Shown here piece after piece: positions 40,087 through 50,066 of a stretch of DNA of 57,627 nucleotides. Source of the stretch: Bacteroidales bacterium (GTDB lineage Bacteria; Bacteroidota; Bacteroidia; Bacteroidales; ML635J-15); NCBI GenBank assembly GCA_046546095.1, contig JBKGYK010000004.1, forward strand, positions 1-57,627, given 5' to 3'. The notes under the pieces were generated by a model, which saw only the letters and a list, made by a program, of their open reading frames with translations, was not told the DNA's origin and did not search any database. A program made the translations under genes and the position numbers. Numbering within the stretch: position 1 is the stretch's first letter; each line of letters begins with the position of its first letter.

Positions 40087-40982
40087 TGATGAAAATTGCT
40101 ATATACGGAAGACGATTTAATAAAGGGTTCAACGGAAGTATAATTCAGATGTTTGAGACACTGAGAAAACACAATATCAAATACTGGATATATAAGCCGT
40201 TCGCCAATTTTATTAAAGAAAAAGTTGCCTATGAGCCGGCTTGTGAAGGCTTGTTTAGCCACCCCATTGATGGCTGGGACGATTTTGATATGATTTTCTC
40301 CATTGGTGGCGACGGAACATTCCTGGAGACGGTAACACTTGTTAAGGACTCCGGAATTCCCGTGCTGGGTATCAATAGCGGACGGCTGGGCTTTCTTGCC
40401 AATGTTTCCAAAGAAATCATCCCTCAGGCACTGGAACAGGTGATAAATCATGAATATACTCTTGAAAAACGCTCACTTCTAAAGATTGAAACAGAATTGG
40501 ATGATTTTGGTGACAACAATTATGCCCTCAATGAAGTGGCACTGCAAAAACATGTAAGCCCGTCCATGATCAAAGTGCATGCATTTTATAACGACCAGCT
40601 TATCAACACCTACTGGTCAGACGGCCTGATTGTGAGTACTCCCACCGGAAGCTCTGCTTATTCTCTGAGCTGTGGCGGTCCGATTGTGCACCCCAATAGC
40701 AAAAATTTTGTCATTACACCCATCGCCCCGCATAATCTCACCGTTCGGCCATTGGTGATCTCAGATGAGGGAATACTCAGATTGAAACTGGAGGGAATGC
40801 AGAAAACTGCCAAATTAAGCCTTGATTACAGAGCAGTCCACAGAGCCTTCTACGAAGAAATTATTATTAAAAAGGCTGATTTTTTTGTAAATTTTGTCAA
40901 TTTGGTTAATAATAACTATTTTAGCACTTTACAGAAAAAACTGATGTGGGGTGTCGATGTGAGAAATTATGGCAATCAGTGA
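40086..40982 (+). CDS. nadK: NAD+ kinase
   Basis: 'SIGGDGTFL', 'GRLGFL', 'ALNE', 'DGLIVSTPTGSSAYSLSCGGP'. Confidence 0.96.
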   Translation: MMKIAIYGRRFNKGFNGSIIQMFETLRKHNIKYWIYKPFANFIKEKVAYEPACEGLFSHPIDGWDDFDMIFSIGGDGTFLETVTLVKDSGIPVLGINSGRLGFLANVSKEIIPQALEQVINHEYTLEKRSLLKIETELDDFGDNNYALNEVALQKHVSPSMIKVHAFYNDQLINTYWSDGLIVSTPTGSSAYSLSCGGPIVHPNSKNFVITPIAPHNLTVRPLVISDEGILRLKLEGMQKTAKLSLDYRAVHRAFYEEIIIKKADFFVNFVNLVNNNYFSTLQKKLMWGVDVRNYGNQ

Positions 40983-41027
40983 ACAGTTTTTCTGTCTTGT
41001 GTGTTATAATGCTTTAGTTCGGATATT

Positions 41028-41918
41028 ATGAAACGACTTTTCCTTTTAACAATTGTGCTGACAATGCTTGTCGGATCGGCAAGTGCTCAGTTTGGTTCTC
41101 AGTGGAGAAAATTGCGTGAAGAAGTGATCTTCGGCGTGGGAACAACAAATTTTATGGGTGAATTGGGTGGTGCCGATCAGGTCGGAACCCATTATGCCAG
41201 AGATTTTGAATTTTCTTTTACACGCCCGGTGTTTTCTGCAGGATACCGGTACAAATTGAACAAGTCATTTTCCACAAAAGGACTGCTTTCATTTGGAATG
41301 CTGTATGGTGATGACGCAACCACCGCAGAAATTCACCGAAACAGCAGAAATCTTTCATTTCGATCACCCATACTGGAATTGGGAGGATATATTGAATACC
41401 ACATCATCAAAGAAAAATTTGGGCACAGGTACGACCTGAGAAGAAACCGGGGAAAATCCAATACACCCAGTTTATACATTTTTACCGGAGTGAATGGCAT
41501 TTGGTTCAATCCAAAAGCTCAATACCAGGACGAATGGGTAGCACTACAACCCCTCGGGACTGAAGGACAGGGACGGGTGGATACCCGTGAACCATACAGC
41601 CGGATTTCAATGTCTTTTCCTGTTGGTTTTGGTATGAATTTCCTCATGGACAGAAACCTGGGCGTTGGTTTTGAATGGGGTGTGAGATATGCCATTACAG
41701 ATTATATGGATGATGTTAGTACAACCTATGTCGATCCCGAACTCTTTGGAGATGATGAGGTCGCAAGAGCACTGGCTGACAGATCAAAGAACGACTGGCC
41801 GGGTTCGACACCCTATAGCCAGAGAGGAAACTCAAATTACAATGATGCATACATGTTTCTTACAATTAATGTAACCTACAAACTCCGTCCCAGTGGACCG
41901 GGTATGCCAAAATTCTAA
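41028..41918 (+). CDS. DUF6089-like outer-membrane beta-barrel protein
   Basis: Signal peptide; 'GTTNFMGELG', 'RNLSFRS', 'DYMDDVS', 'RGNSNYNDAYMF'. Confidence 0.75.
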   Translation: MKRLFLLTIVLTMLVGSASAQFGSQWRKLREEVIFGVGTTNFMGELGGADQVGTHYARDFEFSFTRPVFSAGYRYKLNKSFSTKGLLSFGMLYGDDATTAEIHRNSRNLSFRSPILELGGYIEYHIIKEKFGHRYDLRRNRGKSNTPSLYIFTGVNGIWFNPKAQYQDEWVALQPLGTEGQGRVDTREPYSRISMSFPVGFGMNFLMDRNLGVGFEWGVRYAITDYMDDVSTTYVDPELFGDDEVARALADRSKNDWPGSTPYSQRGNSNYNDAYMFLTINVTYKLRPSGPGMPKF

Positions 41919-41997
41919 AATTTTATGTGAAAATACATACTATTCTCATATGCACTACGTTTGCATTACGGCTTAGGTTTACACCGATTGTAAATTT

Positions 41998-42741
41998 ATG
42001 AAAAGAAAAAATTTGAAAAAAACTCCATATTTGTTATTGTCCCGGATTATACCGGGGCTATTTGTTTTGATTATTTCTGCTGGCACAGGCAGTGCGCAAA
42101 AAGCAGGAGAAATCGGTCTACACCTTGGACAAACTTATTATATGGGTGATTTAAACTGGGCACAGCATTTTTATAAAACCAGAGCAAATTACGGTGTCTT
42201 TTATAAACAACATTTTGATTCACGGATAATCCTTAAAATCGGTGGAATGTATACCCACCTGCAGGCTGATGACCTCGACTCAGAGTTTGAGTATCAAAAC
42301 CTCAGAAATTATGCCTTCGAAACCGGATTGTGGGAAGCCGCAGCACAGATAGAGTTTCATTTCCTTGTATATGAAGTCGGTGAAACCAAAAAGAAAAACT
42401 ATACTCCGTATGTTGATCTTGGTCTTGGTGTATCATATACACCTGATGCCCAGGAAGATTTTGCGATGAATATACCCATGGGTGTAGGCTTCAAACTTAA
42501 CCTTACCAATCGAATTGTTCTGGGTGCCGAATGGGCATTTAGAAAATCTTATTCAGATATGCTGGATAATGTTACCGGAGAAGATTTGGATATTTATGAA
42601 GAATCCCGTATTCCGGCAAGCTCTGAAAACAGACGAAAACAAACAGGTTTCATGACAAATGATGATTGGTATTCTTATGCGGCAGTTACATTATCATATG
42701 CATTTACAATAAATGATTTTAAATGTCATGCATATTATTAA
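41998..42741 (+). CDS. DUF6089/PorG-like outer-membrane beta-barrel protein
   Basis: 'GQTYYMGDL', 'IPMGVGFK', 'DMLDNV', 'NDDWYSY'; directly upstream of uppS-bamA, the porG position in Porphyromonas. Confidence 0.75.
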   Translation: MKRKNLKKTPYLLLSRIIPGLFVLIISAGTGSAQKAGEIGLHLGQTYYMGDLNWAQHFYKTRANYGVFYKQHFDSRIILKIGGMYTHLQADDLDSEFEYQNLRNYAFETGLWEAAAQIEFHFLVYEVGETKKKNYTPYVDLGLGVSYTPDAQEDFAMNIPMGVGFKLNLTNRIVLGAEWAFRKSYSDMLDNVTGEDLDIYEESRIPASSENRRKQTGFMTNDDWYSYAAVTLSYAFTINDFKCHAYY

Positions 42742-42753
42742 TTTTGTACGCCA

Positions 42754-43494
42754 ATGTCAGAACTGAAAGAAAAAATAAATAAAGACAGGCTGCCAAAGCA
42801 TATTGCCATAATTATGGACGGCAATGGCCGATGGGCAAAACAGCGTGGTCGTATGAGATTGCACGGGCATAAGGCCGGAGCAGGTGCTGTGAGGGAGGTA
42901 ACTGAGGCTTGTGCTGAACTGGGTGTGGAGCATCTTACTCTTTATGCTTTTTCAAGTGAAAACTGGAACCGGCCGGAACAGGAAGTTTCCGGTTTGATGA
43001 ATTTACTTGTTGATAAACTTGAAAAAGAGCTCAATACTCTGACAAAAAACAGTATCAGGTTGCGAACCATTGGAGATGTCAGTCAATTGCCTGGAAAAGT
43101 GCAGAGCAAACTACAGGATGTTGTCGAAAAAAGCAAAGACGGACAGCGCATGTGTCTCAACCTTGCACTCTCTTATTCCGGAAGATGGGATATTGTTCAG
43201 GCAAGCAGAAAAATTGCAGAGGATGTCAGGCAAGGAGAGTTGAGCGTAGAGGAAATCAATGATGAGAAATTCTCGCAATACCTGGATACCAGAGATATCC
43301 CGGACCCGGATTTTATGATTCGTACCAGCGGTGAACAGAGAATTAGTAATTACCTGTTGTTCCAGTTGGCTTATGCAGAATTGTATTTTACAGATATACT
43401 TTGGCCCGATTTTGATAAAAAAGCCCTTTACGAGGCAATCCTTGATTACCAGGGAAGAGAAAGACGATTTGGAAAAACTAGTGAACAATTGTAA
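42754..43494 (+). CDS. uppS: Undecaprenyl-diphosphate synthase (isoprenyl transferase)
   Basis: 'IIMDGNGRWA', 'FSSENW', 'RTSGEQRISNY', 'RERRFG'. Confidence 0.97.
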   Translation: MSELKEKINKDRLPKHIAIIMDGNGRWAKQRGRMRLHGHKAGAGAVREVTEACAELGVEHLTLYAFSSENWNRPEQEVSGLMNLLVDKLEKELNTLTKNSIRLRTIGDVSQLPGKVQSKLQDVVEKSKDGQRMCLNLALSYSGRWDIVQASRKIAEDVRQGELSVEEINDEKFSQYLDTRDIPDPDFMIRTSGEQRISNYLLFQLAYAELYFTDILWPDFDKKALYEAILDYQGRERRFGKTSEQL

Positions 43495-43505
43495 GCGTGG
43501 ACGGA

Positions 43506-45986
43506 ATGAAGAAATTCTTTTTTAGCATAGTAGTACTTGTATCAATAACTTCAGCCAGTTTGGCGCAGGTATCTTTGACAGACGAATTAACAAAAATTAA
43601 TTACGACAACCCAAAAGAATATGTGATTGGGGGAGTTGAAGTCACTGGAATTAATCACCTTGACCACTCCGTGATCATACACCTTTCCGGTTTGCAGGTA
43701 GGTGATACCATTAGTGTACCGGGCGAAGAGATCACTTCTGCAGTAGAAAATCTCTGGGAACAGGGACTGTTTTCTGATGTGGAAATTGTTGCCGACAGAA
43801 TTGTTAATCAGCAGGTCTTTCTAAATCTTAAACTGGAGGAACGACCCCGCTTGTCAAAATTTACCTTCAACGGTGTAAAAAAACGCGAAGCCGACGATCT
43901 GCGTGAAAACCTGAAACTGACAAAGGGATCTCAGGTAACTGAAAACCTTCTCATGAATATCAATGCAGGTGTGAAGCGATATTTTGTTGATAAGGGCTTC
44001 CTGAATGTGTCTGTTGATGTACAACAGGAGAAGGATACTACCATGACAAACAATGTTATCCTTACCATCAACGTCAACAAGGGAGAAAGGATAAAAATTG
44101 ACAATCTTATCCTCCAGGGCAATGAGCATTTGTCAGATTTCAAAATTAAACGGGCAATGAAAGAAACAAAGGAAAAAGCCTGGTACAATGTTTTTAAATC
44201 TTCTAAATTTATCAGCAAAGATTTTAGGGACGATAAAAAAGCAGTGATTAAAAAATACAATGAAGAAGGATTCCGTGATGCCCGTATTATCAAAGATTCA
44301 ATTTGGAAAAATGACGATAACAGCATTAACCTGAAGCTTGTTATTGATGAAGGAAATAAATACTATTTCAGAGAGATTGACTGGATAGGAAACACAAAAT
44401 ATAACAACGAACAGCTCACCCGTGCTCTTGCCATTGAGCGTGGGGATGTGTATAACCAACAACTACTTGACGAACGACTCATGGGCGAGAATTCCGTTTT
44501 TTCACTATATCAGGACAATGGCTATCTGTTTTCCAATATTACACCTGTTGAGGTCAATGTGGAAGGTGATTCCATCGACCTTGAAATGCAGATATATGAA
44601 GGGAAACAGGCCAAAATTAACGAAGTGACAATCAATGGAAATACACGAACCAATGATCACGTGGTCCTTCGGGAGATCAGAACCCGCCCGGGTGATCTCT
44701 ATAAACGCTCAGATATTCAACGTACCATCAGAGAGCTTGCTCAGCTTGGGTATTTTGATCCGGAAAAACTGAATGTGGATTTTGAGCCGGATCCGGAAAA
44801 AGGCGAGGTTGACCTTGAATATATTGTTGAAGAAAAACCTTCCGATCAGATAGAGTTGAGCGGTGGTTATGGTGCCGGCATGATTGTGGGAACACTTGGG
44901 CTCACCTTTAATAACTTCTCATTACAAAATGTTTTTAATCCCTCGGCTTACAGACCATTGCCCGCCGGTGACGGACAGAGACTCAGCCTGAGAGCACAGG
45001 CCAGTGGCCCATATTATCAGAATTACAGCTTTTCTTTTGTTGAACCATGGCTTGGAGGACGTAAACCCAATTCACTATCGGTTTCTGTCTATAATTCACG
45101 ACAGACATACGGCTCCGATAGTACCGCTCAAAAGTTTATTGTCACGGGTGCCTCTGCAGGCCTCGGCCAGCGTCTCGAGTGGCCTGATGACTTTTTTACG
45201 CTTTATACAGCACTCGGATACAAACATTACAATATTTATCAGTGGTCTGGCTTTATTTATGATGACGGTACGTCTAACAACATCAACTTTACTGCCGATC
45301 TCGGGCGCTCCAGCAGCGGACCCAACCCCATTTTCCCAACACGGGGCAGCGACATGAATCTTTCTGTGGAACTGACTCCACCATTTTCATTGCTGGGTGA
45401 TAAAGACTATTCGGGAATGTCACCGCAGGAAAAATATAACTGGATTGAATATCATAAATGGAAATTCAAAGGTGATTGGTTTACTACCCTGCTTGGTTCT
45501 AAAGAAGGTGGAAGCAGAGCACTTGTGCTGCACTCCAAATTCGAATTTGGATTCCTGGCATTTTACAACAGTGATGTGGGACCATCACCATTTGAAGGTT
45601 TCCAGCTTGGTGGCGATGGATTGTACGGATATAACCTGTACGGACGGGAAACTGTGGGATTGAGAGGTTATACCAACAATTCACTCACACCCTCTGACGG
45701 TGGAAATCTTTACAATAAGTTTAGCCTGGAGTTACGATATCCACTTTCTCTGAATCCAACGGCTACTTTTTACGGCCTTGCCTTTATTGAAGGCGGAAAT
45801 GCCTGGTATGATTTCAACAATTATAATCCCTTTGACTTAAAACGCTCAGCCGGCTTTGGTATCAGAGTTTATATGCCTATGATTGGCATGCTGGGTGTCG
45901 ACTGGGGATATGGATTCGATGAAATTCATGGAAAAACCGGGGTGAACGGATCTCAATTCCATTTTGTTATTGGTCAGCAATTCTAA
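43506..45986 (+). CDS. bamA: Outer membrane protein assembly factor BamA
   Basis: 5 POTRA domains ('INGNTRTNDHVVLRE'); 'LRGY' motif; C-terminal 'FHFVIGQQF'. Confidence 0.96.
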   Translation: MKKFFFSIVVLVSITSASLAQVSLTDELTKINYDNPKEYVIGGVEVTGINHLDHSVIIHLSGLQVGDTISVPGEEITSAVENLWEQGLFSDVEIVADRIVNQQVFLNLKLEERPRLSKFTFNGVKKREADDLRENLKLTKGSQVTENLLMNINAGVKRYFVDKGFLNVSVDVQQEKDTTMTNNVILTINVNKGERIKIDNLILQGNEHLSDFKIKRAMKETKEKAWYNVFKSSKFISKDFRDDKKAVIKKYNEEGFRDARIIKDSIWKNDDNSINLKLVIDEGNKYYFREIDWIGNTKYNNEQLTRALAIERGDVYNQQLLDERLMGENSVFSLYQDNGYLFSNITPVEVNVEGDSIDLEMQIYEGKQAKINEVTINGNTRTNDHVVLREIRTRPGDLYKRSDIQRTIRELAQLGYFDPEKLNVDFEPDPEKGEVDLEYIVEEKPSDQIELSGGYGAGMIVGTLGLTFNNFSLQNVFNPSAYRPLPAGDGQRLSLRAQASGPYYQNYSFSFVEPWLGGRKPNSLSVSVYNSRQTYGSDSTAQKFIVTGASAGLGQRLEWPDDFFTLYTALGYKHYNIYQWSGFIYDDGTSNNINFTADLGRSSSGPNPIFPTRGSDMNLSVELTPPFSLLGDKDYSGMSPQEKYNWIEYHKWKFKGDWFTTLLGSKEGGSRALVLHSKFEFGFLAFYNSDVGPSPFEGFQLGGDGLYGYNLYGRETVGLRGYTNNSLTPSDGGNLYNKFSLELRYPLSLNPTATFYGLAFIEGGNAWYDFNNYNPFDLKRSAGFGIRVYMPMIGMLGVDWGYGFDEIHGKTGVNGSQFHFVIGQQF

Positions 45987-45997
45987 TTTATTAATTT

Positions 45998-46013
45998 TGG
46001 CCTGTTATTTGCA
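45998..46013 (+). promoter_or_regulatory. Sigma54-type -24/-12 promoter upstream of skp
   Basis: TGGCCT-GTTAT-TTGCA; GG-N10-GC spacing; does not match TAnnTTTG. Confidence 0.55.
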
Positions 46014-46046
46014 GATAGATAGTTCTGAAACAAAAACCTTAACATT

Positions 46047-46559
46047 ATGAAAAAACTTGTAATAATATTATCAGTCATCTTTGCTTCAACAGGCTTATTT
46101 GCACAAAAATATGCTTACGTTGATACTGATTACGTCATGAACAATATCCCTACTTATGAAACTGCACAGCAACAGTTGAACGAATTGTCCGAGCAGTGGA
46201 AAGGGGAAATTGATGAAATGAAAGGTGAAATCGAAAAAATGTATGAAGACTTTAAATCAGAAAAAGTTTTCCTTACAGACGAGTTGAAAGCAAAACGAGA
46301 AGAGGAAATTATCCGGAAAGAAAAAGAAATGCGGCAATTGCAGCAAGAATATTTCGGGCGAGAAGGCTTGTTATTCGAGAAACGCAAAGAATTGCTTAAA
46401 CCGATTCAGGATGATATCTTTAATGCCGTGAAAGAAATCGCTCAGGAGGGGAATTATGCTGTTATCTTTGATACAGCCAATAGCATGAATATGCTTTATA
46501 CTGACCCAAAATATGATAAGAGCGATGATGTGCTCCGAAAATTGGGCTACAAAAATTAA
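46047..46559 (+). CDS. skp: OmpH/Skp periplasmic chaperone (copy 1)
   Basis: 'QKYAYVDTDY', coiled coil, 'KPIQDDIFNAVKEIA', 'YDKSDDVL'. Confidence 0.93.
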   Translation: MKKLVIILSVIFASTGLFAQKYAYVDTDYVMNNIPTYETAQQQLNELSEQWKGEIDEMKGEIEKMYEDFKSEKVFLTDELKAKREEEIIRKEKEMRQLQQEYFGREGLLFEKRKELLKPIQDDIFNAVKEIAQEGNYAVIFDTANSMNMLYTDPKYDKSDDVLRKLGYKN

Positions 46560-46604
46560 TTGTTAACTTTGCATAATAGTAGAAATTTAAACAAAAAACA
46601 GAAT

Positions 46605-47114
46605 ATGATGAAACGCATTGGATTATTGATGGCACTTGCACTCTTGCTAAGTAGTGCCGCTGGCAGTTTTGCACAGAAAGCCGAATACGGATATGTAAAA
46701 GTAGAAGACATTTTCAAAGAAATGCCGGAACGTACACAGGCAGAAAAGCAAATTACCGAGTATTCTAAACAACTGGAAAATCAGTTACAAACCATGAATG
46801 CTGAGTTTGAAAAGAAATACCAGGAGTATGAAGAAAATTATGAGACCTGGGGTACTTCTGTAAGAAGTGATAAAGAAATGGAGATTCAGCAACTCCAGCA
46901 GAGAATCCAGGGATTTCAGCAAAGCGCACAATCAGACCTGCAGGAAAAAGAACAGGAATTGCTGAAACCCATCTATGAGAAAATCAGGACTGCAATTAAG
47001 GATGTTGGTGATGAAGAGGGGTATACTTACATATATGATGCCTCAATGTTGCTGTACAAATCTGATGATAGTAATGACCTGACAGATAAGGTTAAAACCA
47101 AGCTTGGTCTGTAA
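46605..47114 (+). CDS. skp: OmpH/Skp periplasmic chaperone (copy 2)
   Basis: 'YGYVKVEDIF', 'LLKPIYEKI', 'YTYIYD', 'DLTDKVKTKLGL'; own -7 element TAACTTTG at 46564-46571. Confidence 0.92.
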   Translation: MMKRIGLLMALALLLSSAAGSFAQKAEYGYVKVEDIFKEMPERTQAEKQITEYSKQLENQLQTMNAEFEKKYQEYEENYETWGTSVRSDKEMEIQQLQQRIQGFQQSAQSDLQEKEQELLKPIYEKIRTAIKDVGDEEGYTYIYDASMLLYKSDDSNDLTDKVKTKLGL

Positions 47115-47133
47115 TTAATGAAATTATGTAGAG

Positions 47134-47172
47134 AAAGGCCATTCGCTGCTTAGCGGATGGTCTTTTTTTTTT
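47134..47172 (+). terminator. Intrinsic terminator after skp-skp
   Basis: aaaggccattcgct-gctt-agcggatggtcttt followed by a long T-run. Confidence 0.85.
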
Positions 47173-47183
47173 ATTTTTACATT

Positions 47184-47993
47184 ATGAGTAAGTCTGAAGC
47201 ACCCATTGGTATGTTCGATTCCGGCCTGGGCGGATTGTCCGTCTGGAAGGTTGTGTCTGCCTTTCTTCCCCGTGAATCATTTATCTATTATGCAGACAGT
47301 AAATTTGCACCATATGGTTGCCGGAGCAGGGAAGAAATCATTGAGCGCAGCATGTGTATTACCGATTTGCTTTTAAAGGATGGTGCAAAACTGATCGTTG
47401 TTGCCTGCAATACGGCCACTGCAGCAGCCATTGATTTTCTCAGAGAATCCCATCCTGATATTCCCTTTGTGGGAATGGAACCTGCAATTAAACCGGCTTC
47501 CCTGCTCTCTGAAACAGGAAATGTGGGAGTACTTGCAACACAAGGCACATTCAGTGGAGCCTTGTTTAAACGAAACAGGGAAAAATACAATCCTTATGTA
47601 AAAATTCATTTCAGAGAAGGTGAAGGTCTTGTTGAGCTTGCAGAAAAAAACATGGTCAACTCTGCAAAAGCTGAACGCCTGCTTAGAAAATATATCGAAC
47701 CTATGATGCAGGCTCAGGTTGACCAACTTGTGCTGGGATGTACACATTATCCTTTGTTTATCCCTTTAATCCGCAGAATTACCGGAGATTCAATGAAAAT
47801 CATCGATCCCGCCGATGCCATAGCACGACGCACGAAAGACCTGCTCATCCAACACAGGAAAATCAATATAAATCAGGATGCGGGAAATTCTGTTTTTTTT
47901 ACCAATGGGAAATTACAAAATCTGGAAAGAATGCTGATATCTCTCGTGCCGGATCAGAAAAAGTCAAATATCTCACATTTCTGTTGCGATTAA
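47184..47993 (+). CDS. murI: Glutamate racemase
   Basis: 'FDSGLGGLSV', 'VACNTAT', 'LGCTHYP'. Confidence 0.97.
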   Translation: MSKSEAPIGMFDSGLGGLSVWKVVSAFLPRESFIYYADSKFAPYGCRSREEIIERSMCITDLLLKDGAKLIVVACNTATAAAIDFLRESHPDIPFVGMEPAIKPASLLSETGNVGVLATQGTFSGALFKRNREKYNPYVKIHFREGEGLVELAEKNMVNSAKAERLLRKYIEPMMQAQVDQLVLGCTHYPLFIPLIRRITGDSMKIIDPADAIARRTKDLLIQHRKININQDAGNSVFFTNGKLQNLERMLISLVPDQKKSNISHFCCD

Positions 47994-48038
47994 GGAAAAT
48001 TTTGTATACATTTGAAGGTGGCATAGAAAATATTAATC

Positions 48039-48764
48039 ATGATGAATTGTATTATTGTTGATGATGATCATATTATCCGGCAGCTCATAGAAAGGTTTAT
48101 CCGGAAAACCCAAAAGCTAAATTTGCTGGGGTCATTTCAAAACCCTGTGAACGCACTTGAAGAGATGGCCGACAGGGAAGATATAGATATCATCTTTCTG
48201 GATGTGGAGATGCCGGAAATGTCCGGTCTGGAATTTCTTGAGAATCTCAGAACATCCCCCAGGGTAATTATTGTCAGCGGAAAAGACAAATATGCCATCA
48301 ATGCTTTTGATTATGATGTGACAGATTATTTGTTAAAACCCATAACATACGGAAGATTTTACAAAGCTGTACAAAGAGCCATTGACAAATCCGAAAAAGA
48401 AGTTGCTGAAAATCCGGGAAAAGATATCCCTGCAAATTCAGATGAGATTTTTATTAAAGAAAACTCCAGCCTTATCAGAGTGAAATTCGGTGATATATAC
48501 TATATCGAAGCTCAGGAAAATTATATCTCTTTACAGGCTCACGACAAAAGACATCTTATCCATTTTACAATGAAAGCCATTGAAAGCCAATTGCCAAAAG
48601 ACAAATTTGTCCGAATCCACCGATCCTATTTCGTGAATACAGGGAAAATAGATTCAATTACGGGCAATACAATCAATGTGAAACTCAAGGACGGTAAGGC
48701 ATCATTACCCATCGGCAAATCCTATAAAGATAAACTGATGGAAAACCTGAATCTTATGAAATGA
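48039..48764 (+). CDS. LytTR family response regulator (orphan)
   Basis: 'IVDDD', 'FLDVEMP', 'DYLLKP', 'FVRIHRSYFVN'; -7 element TACATTTG at 48007-48014. Confidence 0.93.
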   Translation: MMNCIIVDDDHIIRQLIERFIRKTQKLNLLGSFQNPVNALEEMADREDIDIIFLDVEMPEMSGLEFLENLRTSPRVIIVSGKDKYAINAFDYDVTDYLLKPITYGRFYKAVQRAIDKSEKEVAENPGKDIPANSDEIFIKENSSLIRVKFGDIYYIEAQENYISLQAHDKRHLIHFTMKAIESQLPKDKFVRIHRSYFVNTGKIDSITGNTINVKLKDGKASLPIGKSYKDKLMENLNLMK

Positions 48765-48765
48765 T

Positions 48766-49959
48766 ATGCAGCATACAGGAATCCGATCACTTTTTCAACA
48801 ACGACTTGGACTCACCTCTGAGCATCCTATGATGTTTCAGGCAAGTCGCGCCGATGGTATATATGTTTACAACGAAAAGAACAAGCCCTTTTACGACCTG
48901 GTTTCAGGCGTGTCTGTAAGTAACCTGGGACACCGGCATCCTGAAATTAATAAAGCAATAAAAGAGCAGGTGGATAAACATATGCACCTTATGGTATATG
49001 GTGAATTTGTGCAGCCCGTACAGGTAGAATTGGCCGATTTGCTGGTAAGTCAGCTTCCGTCTTCACTGAATTCGGTGTACTATGTTAACAGTGGATCAGA
49101 AGCTGTTGAAGGGGCAATGAAACTAGCCAAACGGTACACCGGACGCAGCAAAATCATTGCTTTCGATAAAGCATACCACGGCAGTTCTCAGGGAGCATTA
49201 TCCCTGATGGGGGATGAAACATTCAAGCGCAATTATCGCCCTTTACTTCCGGATATACATTTTCTGAAATTCAATGATCAGGATGAGTTTGATATGATTG
49301 ACAATCATACCGCAGCTGTGATTCTGGAACCCATACAATCGGAAGCGGGAATTCGGATCCCGGATGATGATTTTCTGCCGGCCCTGAAAGCCCGGTGCAA
49401 GGAAGTAGGTGCCCTGCTGATATTTGATGAAATTCAAACCGGCTTTGGACGTACAGGTAAACTCTTCGCTCATCAGCACTGGAATGTTACACCAGATATT
49501 ATGTGCGTGGCCAAAGCTTTTGGCGGAGGCATGCCACTGGGAGCATTCGTGGCCGACAAATCTGTTATGGATAGCTTTAAAACCAATCCTGTCCTGGGAC
49601 ATATAACTACCTTTGGAGGACACCCTGTGTCATGTGCTGCCGCCCTTGCCAGTCTGAAAGTGCTGCTGCGTGATAAGCTGGTGGAACAGGTTGAGGCAAA
49701 AGCACAGCTTTATTTTGACATGCTCGGGCATCCGCGTATTAAAAGGGTGTGGGGAAAAGGTTTGTTCATTGGTATAGAGATGGAAACCGCACAGGAGGCT
49801 GCACGTGTGATGGAACTCGGAGCAAAAGACGGTGGATTCATCACCGATTTGTTTCTCTTCAAACCCAATGCTTTTCGCATAGGAGCTCCGCTGATTATCA
49901 CTGAAGAACAGATAAGAGATTCTGTGAAACTGATTCTGGATGTGGTGGATAGAGTGTAA
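48766..49959 (+). CDS. Class III PLP aminotransferase (acetylornithine aminotransferase-like)
   Basis: 'NSGSEAVEGAMKLA', 'DEIQTGFGRTG', PLP lysine in 'VAKAFGGG', 'TFGGHP'. Confidence 0.9.
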   Translation: MQHTGIRSLFQQRLGLTSEHPMMFQASRADGIYVYNEKNKPFYDLVSGVSVSNLGHRHPEINKAIKEQVDKHMHLMVYGEFVQPVQVELADLLVSQLPSSLNSVYYVNSGSEAVEGAMKLAKRYTGRSKIIAFDKAYHGSSQGALSLMGDETFKRNYRPLLPDIHFLKFNDQDEFDMIDNHTAAVILEPIQSEAGIRIPDDDFLPALKARCKEVGALLIFDEIQTGFGRTGKLFAHQHWNVTPDIMCVAKAFGGGMPLGAFVADKSVMDSFKTNPVLGHITTFGGHPVSCAAALASLKVLLRDKLVEQVEAKAQLYFDMLGHPRIKRVWGKGLFIGIEMETAQEAARVMELGAKDGGFITDLFLFKPNAFRIGAPLIITEEQIRDSVKLILDVVDRV

Positions 49960-50066
49960 TACCTGTTTTTATGAACTGCCTGTAATGCATATCTGTTAAC
50001 TCAATAATTTTCCGTAAATTCGTTGAGCTGTAAAACATATACAGACCAATGTTCGTTTGTACAGGT

